DNA from: an uncultured marine group III euryarchaeote
GTDB lineage: Archaea; Thermoplasmatota; Poseidoniia; MGIII; CG-Epi1
Assembly: GCA_902627615.1 (NCBI GenBank)
Contig: CACOJW010000002.1
Location: forward strand, 26,971-90,970
Reading direction: 5' to 3'
Length of the DNA stretch: 64,000 bases
Each line of letters begins with the position of its first letter. The stretch's first letter is position 1. Under the pieces are notes generated by a model, which was not told where the DNA came from, made no database searches, and saw nothing but the letters and a program-made list of their open reading frames with translations. Positions 1-8,625 of the stretch are shown piece after piece. Both the position numbers and the translations under genes were made by a program.

Positions 1-924
1 ACTCTCAGGAATGGTAAAATTAAAGCTATAATTGGTAGTTCGTGTTTCATTCGTCGATGTTACACCGAATTCGAAATTATAAACTCCTGCTGTAGCATTG
101 TTAGGATAAATTATAGAGACTATACCTTCGGCAGAATGGGTTGCATTTACTGACATATTGCTATGTCCAGTTAGTACCTTGCCATCAGCCATTCCTAAAC
201 TTACTGGCCAATATCCGGTGATATCGTTCTGAAGATTAACAAATTTTTGTCCCGATGGGGAGGTTAGAGTTGAGGTGAATTGATAGGTATCTGTATTCCA
301 TCCTAAATTTGTCAATGTATAGTTACACACAATAGGGTTACTTGGATACACTTCACTATCTCCAGTATTTGACACAGTACCGCACGTTACTTCAGATTCG
401 TATTCAACCCAAGCATTCAACGTTATAGTTCTTGTATTGGTAACATTGCTTGAGGCTGATGCGGGGCTAGTATCGTTTTTACAATCTGAACTGCCACAAG
501 TGTCTGTAACATTACCATCATAATTGTAAAACTTAGGATCAGATAGGCCATAAATCTGAACCGTATTAGTATCACCAGAGGAGCAGAGTTCATCACAACG
601 AATAATAAGACTGATAGTCTCCTGCCCGGCCTTATCCATTCTGATAAGATTATTATCCAATTCATCGTAATTGGAGTCTACAAAGGTAGCATTCCAAGGA
701 ACGCCAGTGACCCAACTAGCTACGAGATATACCTCTAGACTCCTATAGCGTGTGTCTTCATTATCTAAAGTGAAAGTAAACATTATAGCATCTCTTTCTA
801 GAACATTTCCTGAATTTTCGTCAGAACTGATCACAACTGCAGAGGGTGCAGCCTCTGCGCTGTCAAAGCTGCTTAAAATAAGTACAAACAAACCAAGAAT
901 CAAAAAAAATGGCCATTGTTTCAT
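1..924 (-). CDS. Secreted protein, N-terminal part only (C-terminus lies beyond the window start); signal peptide followed by CARDB/NEW3-like beta-sandwich-looking sequence
   Basis: Absent from the ORF track because there is no stop inside the window. My hand translation of the reverse strand from ATG (924-922) gives MKQWPFFLILGLFVLILSSFDSAEAAPS... and stays open for 308 codons down to position 1. It has a hydrophobic h-region, an AEA cleavage-like site and many N-x-S/T sites. Track ORF 423..665(-) is another frame. Confidence 0.75.
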   Translation of the reverse strand, partial: MKQWPFFLILGLFVLILSSFDSAEAAPSAVVISSDENSGNVLERDAIMFTFTLDNEDTRYRSLEVYLVASWVTGVPWNATFVDSNYDELDNNLIRMDKAGQETISLIIRCDELCSSGDTNTVQIYGLSDPKFYNYDGNVTDTCGSSDCKNDTSPASASSNVTNTRTITLNAWVEYESEVTCGTVSNTGDSEVYPSNPIVCNYTLTNLGWNTDTYQFTSTLTSPSGQKFVNLQNDITGYWPVSLGMADGKVLTGHSNMSVNATHSAEGIVSIIYPNNATAGVYNFEFGVTSTNETRTTNYSFNFTIPES

Positions 925-995
925 AATCTCAAAAATAACAAGAACTATTTAACTTAACTGTTAAATTTAATTAAGGCAAAGATTAATTGAATTTT

Positions 996-1706
996 ATGAC
1001 AAAGACCGCACTTGTTACTGGAGCTTCATCAGGCATTGGGAGAGGAATAGCCCATAAATTTGGAGAAGAAGGTTGGGAAGTTACCCTAGTTGCTCGTAGA
1101 AAAAGTAACTTGGAAAAAGTTGCTAAAGAAGTAGAAGATGCAGGCGGGAAGGCTCATATTTTTGCTACAGACTTGACCGAAGAAGGAAATCCAGACGCAG
1201 CTGTCCAATTTGCCATAGATAAAATGGGAAAGGTTGGTACGTTAGTAAACAATGCTGGAATGGGTCGTTTTGAGATGGTACCAGATATCAAAGATGAATC
1301 TTATCAAGAACAATTTCAGCTTAATGTTTGGGCTTGTATGGCCATGGTTAGATCGATTGTTCCACACTTCAAAAAAAACAAAGGCGGACAAATCGTCAAT
1401 ATCGGCTCAATTGTAGGTTATCTTGGAATATCAAAGGGATCTATCTATTCGAGCACTAAATGGGCTCTAAGGGGCCTTAATGAGAGCTGGAGAGAGGAGT
1501 TGTATCCTGACAACATCAAAGTCTGTTACGTCGGTCCAGGTTTTGTGTTAACTGAGTTTAACGGTAGAAAGGAAGGCGGCACTCCTGAAGAACAGGAGTG
1601 GGCCATGGTTCCAGAAAATGTTGCCCACGTAGTTTATTGTGTCGCTACACAAGGTCCAAACAGTGATATCAAAGAAATATCACTTCAAGTTTTAGATCGC
1701 AGTTAG
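996..1706 (+). CDS. Short-chain dehydrogenase/reductase (SDR family)
   Basis: TGASSGIGRGIA cofactor-binding motif, NNAG, and the catalytic S...YSSTK triad. The track starts at TTG 987; ATG 996 (MTKTALVTGASSGIG) is the more typical start. Confidence 0.9.
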   Translation: MTKTALVTGASSGIGRGIAHKFGEEGWEVTLVARRKSNLEKVAKEVEDAGGKAHIFATDLTEEGNPDAAVQFAIDKMGKVGTLVNNAGMGRFEMVPDIKDESYQEQFQLNVWACMAMVRSIVPHFKKNKGGQIVNIGSIVGYLGISKGSIYSSTKWALRGLNESWREELYPDNIKVCYVGPGFVLTEFNGRKEGGTPEEQEWAMVPENVAHVVYCVATQGPNSDIKEISLQVLDRS

Positions 1707-1708
1707 AT

Positions 1709-1996
1709 TTAATCTTTGGAGAAATGCCAAACTTTCTCGCCGTAACTAGTTTCAACGCCGTTAAACATACTGGCCATTTCTTTCATCATTTCTGCAAATT
1801 CAGTTTTACTGTTTTCTAAATTTTCTTCAGTGTCGTATTCTGCAATTGTAATAGCTTCAGTCTCACTAACTCTTACAATTCTACTGTTCTGCAGCCCTTC
1901 AAAATTTTCGAAAAGCTCACGTTTGCTTTCAACTGCCGCCATTATGCTGTCATACTTGTCTGAGTCAAAAGAGACTCTGTTGATTCTGTAATACAT
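1709..1996 (-). CDS. Small acidic cytoplasmic protein, unknown function (possibly a dimeric alpha/beta-barrel, ABM-like)
   Basis: 95-aa ORF packed tightly against the convergent SDR gene. No diagnostic motif, so the fold guess is weak. Confidence 0.5.
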   Translation of the reverse strand: MYYRINRVSFDSDKYDSIMAAVESKRELFENFEGLQNSRIVRVSETEAITIAEYDTEENLENSKTEFAEMMKEMASMFNGVETSYGEKVWHFSKD

Positions 1997-2076
1997 ATGT
2001 TAATATCAAGAGTATGGTTTTATTGCTTTCGATAATATTAAGTCAAATAATTTCTTAATAACATTTACAAAAATAA

Positions 2077-2517
2077 TCAGGAACTAGATATATTTTTCGA
2101 AAAGATAACATACAAAAATACACCAAGAGGCATTAGCATTACTCCAAAAAATACCACCGTCGTCATCTTCCATTTTTCAAAACCTAGTCGAAGGCTCCTT
2201 TTCCACATCCATCTTGTTGCGAATATATCTCCAGCAACCATGTGAGCCCAAACTGCTGCTGCACCTGCCTTAGTACCGATTAGAACTGCAATTTCATCTA
2301 AAATTTCTAGTGGATTAGTAAAACCTTTAATGAGTTCAACAAGGCCTTGAGGCTCTAACATTGTCAAAAAAATCCATATTAGTATTGGGCCTAGGAAGAA
2401 CATTGGCCCCTTAAGCAATTTTTTAGTTGATTCTTCATCTGGGTATATCAACATTGCTAACCAGAATGGGCCTACCCATAACGTTGTCAAAAAGAATGAA
2501 ATATCGTATAAATCCAT
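2077..2517 (-). CDS. 4-TM membrane protein, DUF4281/ABA4-like pattern
   Basis: Four hydrophobic helices. The ...AAVWAHMVAGDIFATRWMW... and ...MPLGVFLYVIF stretches resemble what I recall of the ABA4-like family. Unverified. Confidence 0.55.
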   Translation of the reverse strand: MDLYDISFFLTTLWVGPFWLAMLIYPDEESTKKLLKGPMFFLGPILIWIFLTMLEPQGLVELIKGFTNPLEILDEIAVLIGTKAGAAAVWAHMVAGDIFATRWMWKRSLRLGFEKWKMTTVVFFGVMLMPLGVFLYVIFSKNISSS

Positions 2518-2588
2518 GTTAAATTTTACTCTTACAATCTATTTAAAGTTGTATCATGTGTGTTGCTATATTACTTTTGACAAGGCAG

Positions 2589-3044
2589 TTAATCTTCTAA
2601 ATTCAGGTATCCTGTAATAACCATGGGAATTGCAAATAATGCTGTAAATACTAGTGATTCAAAATCGAAACCATCATCAAACATTACTCCACTGTAACCA
2701 AAAAGTATGCCAAGACCAATCATTGCACTACCAAAAGTAAGACTCAACTTTGCCTGCTCTGAACCTTTCAACCACAATGCTCCTGCAAATAAAATAGGAG
2801 ACCACATCATTCCTAGCCCCCATGAAAAAAACTCATTTTGTTGAATTTTATCTATTAACTTTTGGTTATCTGCAAGCTCTGGATCGATATCTTCCTCAAT
2901 GTAATTACTAACTTCATCGTCATCATTAATGAACGGCATAACGTCCATAGTATATCCAACAGTATGTAAAAGACCGAATAGAATCATCCAGATTGCAGGT
3001 TTACGCAGTGTACCTACTACGAATAATGAAGCTAAATAATCCAT
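2589..3044 (-). CDS. 4-TM membrane protein with an acidic extracytoplasmic loop, unknown function
   Basis: 151-aa ORF with the layout TM1, long D/E-rich loop, TM2, short basic turn, TM3, TM4, ending ...GYLNLED. Same architecture as the neighbouring 3051..3458 gene. Confidence 0.65.
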   Translation of the reverse strand: MDYLASLFVVGTLRKPAIWMILFGLLHTVGYTMDVMPFINDDDEVSNYIEEDIDPELADNQKLIDKIQQNEFFSWGLGMMWSPILFAGALWLKGSEQAKLSLTFGSAMIGLGILFGYSGVMFDDGFDFESLVFTALFAIPMVITGYLNLED

Positions 3045-3050
3045 AAATCC

Positions 3051-3458
3051 TTACTCATCGTCCTTGTGTAGATATCCAGAAGCACCGATTAATGCTGTCA
3101 AAAATAACATGACATATATCATGCCACTTTGATCAGAACCGTAACCACTTTCGTTGGTTAGGTAAAGCATTCCACCGCCGATAAATACTGCTATTGAAAC
3201 TGCTGCAGCCATTGCCATTTGAGCTAATGCTCTGCCACTCACAATTAATCCAGTTGCAATTGACATCGCTGCTAATGGCATTAGATGTAATGCCCACATT
3301 TGCTCGTATTCAGCATCGTGCTCAGCTACATTCTCTTTGCCCCAACCTGATTCTGCCCAACTTTGCCCATCCATTACTCCAGATAAGGATGCTAAGAACA
3401 TCAATGAGCCTACTCCAATCAATAACCATTTAGGGTTTAAGATTTCTTTTGCGTCCAT
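3051..3458 (-). CDS. 4-TM membrane protein, unknown function (likely paralogue of 2589..3044)
   Basis: 135-aa ORF with the same TM layout, ending ...GYLHKDDE. It lies 6 nt upstream of the next gene. Confidence 0.65.
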   Translation of the reverse strand: MDAKEILNPKWLLIGVGSLMFLASLSGVMDGQSWAESGWGKENVAEHDAEYEQMWALHLMPLAAMSIATGLIVSGRALAQMAMAAAVSIAVFIGGGMLYLTNESGYGSDQSGMIYVMLFLTALIGASGYLHKDDE

Positions 3459-3466
3459 AATTCACC

Positions 3467-4555
3467 TTAAAGTGGTTGTGTAACGAAATTCGCAATTAAT
3501 AGAATGACTGTAAAACCTGCAGTTACAGCAGGATACATTTTGTAAAAGAAATCGTCACTATTTGAAAAATCTTCTCCTGCAAAAGTCATACCGTCTTCTA
3601 CACCTTCTTCTCGCATCTTGTAATATGCAAATATATTCAAGAACATTACAAAGGCACTAACTACAATATTTGCTGTAGCAGTACTGGTATCTTGTGTATA
3701 TGGTGAATTGTCATCGCCAGGGATTACTTGGTCATTAGCTACTAGATTTCCAACTATTATGGACAAAGCAAAGAAGGTTATTCCAAAGAGTAAGATGTGA
3801 GCTACAGCCCAGTTCCCCTTAGCTCCGTTAGTTAGTAAAATTAATCCCATCGAAACATAAATAACAAAGAACGAAGCTAGAACTCGATAAGATAGTGGCG
3901 TGGCAGCTATCGGATTAGTCCAGTAAGTTCCTTCTTCAAAGCCAGAAATTAGAGTTGATCCTTCTCCGCCAGCATATCCATCAGCAAAAAAGAAATGATT
4001 TATAGAATATAATGTGCCAATAATCGAAGAAAGAATTACTGCATATTTTGCTTCGTTATTCAATTTAATTTCCATATTGAAAGCCAAGCCCTCATCAACA
4101 CCTTCTTCTTTCAACATGAAATAAGCTGCAGTGTACAATCCTAAAGCAGCAATTGTAGCAAAAAGTGGATTATTGTTTGCAGATTCGTAACCTCCTTGGA
4201 ATGGAGGTGCTAATACGATTGCCAAACAGGTAAATCCAGCAATAGTCGGTATCATAATTGTCCATTTGCCGCGTGCGCCTTCATTTAGAATTAAGAGATT
4301 TCCTGTAATAACTCCAAACATTAGAACACCCGCAACATACAGCGTTCCAGCCCCTCTTCCGTAGGCTTCATCGTCAGGAGTTGCTCCGTTTGGTATTAAA
4401 GAGAAACAATCTCCATCACCGTTTACAACAGAACACGATGAAAAGAATATGAAGTTTATCGAGTACATTATTCCAATCAAGAATGAAAGACTCAAACAAA
4501 CTTTAGCAGGCATGGACTTGATGTTGTCAAACATAAGCCTTATTTTAGAATACAT
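3467..4555 (-). CDS. 8-TM membrane protein built from an internal tandem duplication of a 4-TM module
   Basis: Both halves share IG(I/T)(M/L)YSIN(F/H)(I/F)FF, L(I/L)L(N/T)(E/N)GA(R/K)G(K/N)W and Y(F/Y)(M/K)(L/M)(K/R)EEGV(D/E)(E/D)G(L/M)(A/T)F. The true start may be an internal Met (M8 or M15). Confidence 0.75.
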   Translation of the reverse strand: MYSKIRLMFDNIKSMPAKVCLSLSFLIGIMYSINFIFFSSCSVVNGDGDCFSLIPNGATPDDEAYGRGAGTLYVAGVLMFGVITGNLLILNEGARGKWTIMIPTIAGFTCLAIVLAPPFQGGYESANNNPLFATIAALGLYTAAYFMLKEEGVDEGLAFNMEIKLNNEAKYAVILSSIIGTLYSINHFFFADGYAGGEGSTLISGFEEGTYWTNPIAATPLSYRVLASFFVIYVSMGLILLTNGAKGNWAVAHILLFGITFFALSIIVGNLVANDQVIPGDDNSPYTQDTSTATANIVVSAFVMFLNIFAYYKMREEGVEDGMTFAGEDFSNSDDFFYKMYPAVTAGFTVILLIANFVTQPL

Positions 4556-4590
4556 TACTTAAATATATTGCACTGCAAACAAAATAGTTA

Positions 4591-6189
4591 TTATTTTTTC
4601 TTTCGATGTCTTCTACTGGCCTTTCTTCCTCTTTTCCAGTTAGGCCGTTTTTTACCCTTAGAATAAGGGGCTTTTTTGCCCTTTGAATAGGGTGGCCTCT
4701 TCTTTGCTCCACCCTCATCCTTTTTAGGTTTGTTAGGTCCACCGTATTTTTTTGGGGAGCCATCTTCATTAGTTGTCAAACCTTTGGCACCATAGGTAGG
4801 TTTTTTTCTTCTACGTGGTCTGTCTTCCTCTCTTGGAAATTGTTTTTTCTTTCCTTGGTTTTTATTTTTATTTCTGAATTTATTTCGACCTTTATTTTTT
4901 CTGAAGAATGAAGCTTTTTCAACTTGCTTTTCAACCTTACTTAGAGCAGATGGTTCTTCTTTTTTCTCGGATTTTCCTCTAAATCTAGATCTTCCTCTTC
5001 TTCTCCTTCTGTTCTTAGCCAAAGGACTTTGCATTCTTTTAGGTCTTTTCGGAGGAGTGTATTTTACTCTCTCAGGCAATTTATCAAATTCAGGTGAAGT
5101 AAAGTTGACTTTAATTCCAACTTGTCTTTGAATTTTGTTAAAATCACGCTTTTGAGGTTTTTGAACAAGTGAAATGACAGAACCATGAGCTCCAGCTCTT
5201 GCAGTTCTTCCACTACGGTGTTTGTATGCTTTTCCATTTTCAGGTGGATCATAGTGAACCACACATTGAACTCCTTCTACATCTATTCCTCGTGCAGCTA
5301 CATCGGTTGCAACTAATGCAACGCATTCGCCATAGATGAATTGATTCATTGCTTTGTCACGCTGGTTTTGAGACAAACCTCCGTGAATTACGGCAACTCT
5401 CAAATTTTCAGCCCTTAATTCCTTACCAACTCGATCTACGCCTCTGCGAGTACGACAAAAAATCATACTTCTTCCTCCTTTCTTCACAGCATCTGCAGTC
5501 AATTTAGATTTTCGAGTGTTTGGCATTAACCAAAAGAAATGTTTCATACTTTCCATCGATACTTCTTTTGGTCCAACTTCAATTTTCACTGGTTTACGTT
5601 GGTATTTTTTGACTAAAGTGGCAACCTCATCATCTAGTGTAGCACTAAACAAAATAGTTTGACGAGTTTTAGAACAATTATCCAAAATATGGCATACTGG
5701 ATCAATAAAACCCATATCTGCCATTCGATCAGCTTCATCGAGGACTGCAATATTCACATCGTCTAAGCGAATACTTTCATTTTCCATTAAGTCAATTAAC
5801 CTTCCAGGAGTTGCTACAACTATATCAACGCCTTTTGAAAGAGCCTGTTTCTGTTTAGTGTATGAGACTCCCCCATAGATTGCTATTACTCCTAGGTCTA
5901 CTTTCTTTGCTAACGGTTTTAAAACATTACTAATTTGCTCAGCCAATTCTCTAGTCGGTGTTACAATTAGAGCGGTAGGATAATGCGGATGTGCAGGTTT
6001 ACAATTTGTAATAATTGGTAAACCGAATGACAAAGTCTTTCCAGATCCCGTCGGAGCCCTACAGCATACATCATTTCCATCTAATATATCAGGTATGGAT
6101 TTGGCTTGAACCTCAAATGGTTCCTTAATGCCTTGTTCTTTCAGGACATTAACGACAGGTGGCACTATGCCGAGTTTCGTAAAACTCAA
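4591..6189 (-). CDS. DEAD-box ATP-dependent RNA helicase with a long basic low-complexity C-terminal tail
   Basis: Q-motif region, APTGSGKT (motif I), PTRELA, DEAD (VLDEADRM), SAT and HRSGRTARAG (motif VI). The last ~155 aa are K/R-rich with repeated PYSKGKK. Confidence 0.95.
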   Translation of the reverse strand: MSFTKLGIVPPVVNVLKEQGIKEPFEVQAKSIPDILDGNDVCCRAPTGSGKTLSFGLPIITNCKPAHPHYPTALIVTPTRELAEQISNVLKPLAKKVDLGVIAIYGGVSYTKQKQALSKGVDIVVATPGRLIDLMENESIRLDDVNIAVLDEADRMADMGFIDPVCHILDNCSKTRQTILFSATLDDEVATLVKKYQRKPVKIEVGPKEVSMESMKHFFWLMPNTRKSKLTADAVKKGGRSMIFCRTRRGVDRVGKELRAENLRVAVIHGGLSQNQRDKAMNQFIYGECVALVATDVAARGIDVEGVQCVVHYDPPENGKAYKHRSGRTARAGAHGSVISLVQKPQKRDFNKIQRQVGIKVNFTSPEFDKLPERVKYTPPKRPKRMQSPLAKNRRRRRGRSRFRGKSEKKEEPSALSKVEKQVEKASFFRKNKGRNKFRNKNKNQGKKKQFPREEDRPRRRKKPTYGAKGLTTNEDGSPKKYGGPNKPKKDEGGAKKRPPYSKGKKAPYSKGKKRPNWKRGRKASRRHRKKK

Positions 6190-6297
6190 ATTAGTGACGT
6201 CCCGAAAAATCTTCCATGCTTCGCGACGAAGCGCCCTCTATATTATATGAGCAGAGGGCGTTTTTCGTCTAAATTACTTGTTTGTAGTCTAAAAACT

Positions 6298-7410
6298 TCA
6301 CAGAAGTCTAGCACTTCCAATTATATTCCCAGTCAAATCAAACTGAATATCTAATTTCCAGTTATCTGCTGCTGGTCCGTTTGCTGAGTTACCCATTCCG
6401 TAGACCATGAATTGGTCTCCTGCTGATAAGAAACCATCGCGGTCATTGTCTGAGAAATGAACAGGGTAAACAGAGCCATCATCATTACTGACATTGGTTG
6501 CTCTGTTCTTTAATTGGTCGTCATCACCAGTGTAACTCGTTTCAATTCCGAATTCGCTTCCACTAATAATTTGCATAGCAACTTCACCGAAGCCATTACC
6601 GCCTACATATGTTGATCCAGTGTCGTCTTTCAAGAAGAAACTAAAGTCTTCCAGAGGTGCTGCCCTTGATACTTTAATTACCTCTATGTGATATCTCCCT
6701 CCACTGTCTTCAGACACGAAGAATGTGGCTATAGGATCTGAATTTGGCCCACCTCCACAATTTGGATCATCAAACAAGTCTTCCATGTCATCTGTAATGC
6801 CAAATAATCCAGGAAGATCATTTTTTATTTCCATCATATCATCATAATCTATCCAATCTCGTAAAACGAACTGTACTAATTCGATACCTGCGGCGCCTTC
6901 ATTATCTAAAGCAATAAAAGCAAATGTTGTATGGAAAATCAAACCACAAATATCATTATTAAGCACAAAATCATAATTCCAGTTACTGTTTTCTAGCTTT
7001 AACGTTTCATTGTCGGCAGATGTATTATTTATCAGTATACCAAAATCTTCCTCTACAAATACATCAATATTCATATCTAAATCCAAATCAAATCCTGCAT
7101 TTGCGATGCTTCCGTCAAAATCTTTTGCAGCCCAATTTACATAGATTGCCATCCTTGCCTCATCATCATAGGATGGATCGAAAATAACATAATCATCATT
7201 ACTCAACCAGATTCCTGCGGCCACATACGGAGCCATATTTGCAGTTGTATTTGTTCCAACTGGAGTTATTTGTTCATCACCTTCTACAGTAGTAGTTTCT
7301 TCTTCGGTGGTAGGTTCTTGTTCAGATAATTCATCTAAATTTTCATTACCAATGCATCCTGTAAAAGACGCAGCTAGCAAAAATATTGCAAAAAAATAGG
7401 CTTTGCTCAT
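6298..7410 (-). CDS. Acidic secreted lipoprotein-like protein, unknown function
   Basis: Signal peptide ending in a lipobox-like FTGC (MSKAYFFAIFLLAASFTGCIG), a T/E-rich linker and a very D/E-rich body. Confidence 0.7.
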   Translation of the reverse strand: MSKAYFFAIFLLAASFTGCIGNENLDELSEQEPTTEEETTTVEGDEQITPVGTNTTANMAPYVAAGIWLSNDDYVIFDPSYDDEARMAIYVNWAAKDFDGSIANAGFDLDLDMNIDVFVEEDFGILINNTSADNETLKLENSNWNYDFVLNNDICGLIFHTTFAFIALDNEGAAGIELVQFVLRDWIDYDDMMEIKNDLPGLFGITDDMEDLFDDPNCGGGPNSDPIATFFVSEDSGGRYHIEVIKVSRAAPLEDFSFFLKDDTGSTYVGGNGFGEVAMQIISGSEFGIETSYTGDDDQLKNRATNVSNDDGSVYPVHFSDNDRDGFLSAGDQFMVYGMGNSANGPAADNWKLDIQFDLTGNIIGSARLL

Positions 7411-7560
7411 ATTAACTTATTTTAGTAAGGATTATAACTATATCTCGCAATTTTTTAGATTCGTTAACTATAGACAAATCACAGTAATAATCTAATCATT
7501 ATTTCTTCTTACCAAATTTCACAGTATTTTTTCCAAATTTTAATTAAACTATAGACAAAC

Positions 7561-7905
7561 TCAGTAAAATAGCTTATGAATTACCCGTATCGTCCCCGAG
7601 AAAGCTATAGTATAAGATACCACCACTAAAAAGAATAAAGGTTCGAAAGATCCTTGAATAATGAACCGAATCAGCGCGCCAATTGCAATAGCAGAAACCC
7701 AAACTCGTAGGCTTTTAACATATTCAGGTTCTTTGTCTACAGTTATGAAACCAATTCGGTACAATAATCCAATAATTAGTGCAATTGAAATCAAAAAAGG
7801 TAATAGAATTTCAATGAAACTTCCTTCCGAATTATGCGTTTCTCTTCCTTGGCTTACAAAAAAGAGTAGAAGTCCAAAGTCACCGATGAAAAATTTAACG
7901 TTCAT
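7561..7905 (-). CDS. Small 4-TM membrane protein (DUF3054-like pattern)
   Basis: IGDFGLLLFFVSQGRETHNSEG... resembles the D-x-(hydrophobic)-G-R-x-x-H start I associate with DUF3054. It directly abuts the SGNH gene (7905/7906). Confidence 0.55.
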   Translation of the reverse strand: MNVKFFIGDFGLLLFFVSQGRETHNSEGSFIEILLPFLISIALIIGLLYRIGFITVDKEPEYVKSLRVWVSAIAIGALIRFIIQGSFEPLFFLVVVSYTIAFSGTIRVIHKLFY

Positions 7906-8625
7906 TTAATTATTTGCCGTGATAAAATCTGCGATGTGTTCTCCAATTACCTTGTGTCCTTCTTCGGAAGGATGTACTAAATCATCGCTATAGTATTCAG
8001 GAGTTTCCTCGGGGCTCATAATCTCTTTTAAACTTATGAAATAAACATCACCATTTACTTCAGCATATTCCTTGTATCTATCATTTAGAATTTCTATTTC
8101 TAGTATTAAATCCTCGAATTCTGACCCTTCAGGTACGTTATAGTATCCTAAAATCAGAACTTTACTCCCATCATCTTTTACTTCGTTGATTAAATTAGGA
8201 ATGAGGCCTTTGTTATCATCAGTTATAATTTCATCTAATTTCTCGTCACATTCTTCATCATCGCCTTCGCTGCAGTAAGCCATTGCATCATTTCCTCCAC
8301 CGTCAATAATAGTCCATTCCCAATCTCCCGAGACATACTGGCTAGGAATTCCATCTTCTCCTATGATTGTTGCTCCAGGAATTGCGTGATCTGTAACTCT
8401 AAGCTCTAATTTGAGACTCATAAAACCAGCTATACTTGCACATCCATCAGCATCAGAACCAAAAAGAGAATCTCCAACTAGTTGAATGTTAGCCTCTTTC
8501 ATTTCCTCTATTTCTGGACAATATCCTTCATCAAATAGAAATATGTAAGCAGATGCTGCAACAAATGAATAAGCAATTATGACAATACCGAGAGTATTGC
8601 TGATGCTTTTCATCGTAAAATCCAT
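7906..8625 (-). CDS. SGNH/GDSL-family hydrolase (esterase/lipase), membrane-anchored or secreted
   Basis: Block I VGDSLFG (catalytic Ser), block III GGGND, block V DLVHPSEEGH (Asp/His), and an N-terminal hydrophobic anchor. Its start overlaps the 3' end of the giant gene by 16 nt. Confidence 0.85.
   Translation of the reverse strand: MDFTMKSISNTLGIVIIAYSFVAASAYIFLFDEGYCPEIEEMKEANIQLVGDSLFGSDADGCASIAGFMSLKLELRVTDHAIPGATIIGEDGIPSQYVSGDWEWTIIDGGGNDAMAYCSEGDDEECDEKLDEIITDDNKGLIPNLINEVKDDGSKVLILGYYNVPEGSEFEDLILEIEILNDRYKEYAEVNGDVYFISLKEIMSPEETPEYYSDDLVHPSEEGHKVIGEHIADFITANN

Noticed and set aside
423-665. Track ORF of 80 aa on the minus strand (and 752..952 on the plus strand)
   Set aside because: It lies inside the 308-codon signal-peptide-bearing frame that I translated from 924 to 1. 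It is a different frame with a hydrophobic, nonsense-like composition, so it is a shadow ORF.
4545-5264. ORFs 4545..4769(-) and 5064..5264(-) overlapping the helicase 3' region
   Set aside because: They are alternative frames of the same strand within the low-complexity basic tail and core. The helicase frame is continuous from motif I to the stop, so there is no need for a frameshift or a second gene.
6106-6354. 82-aa plus-strand ORF spanning the helicase start, the intergenic region and the neighbour's end
   Set aside because: It crosses two well-supported minus-strand genes and the hairpin region, and it has no SD or TATA context.
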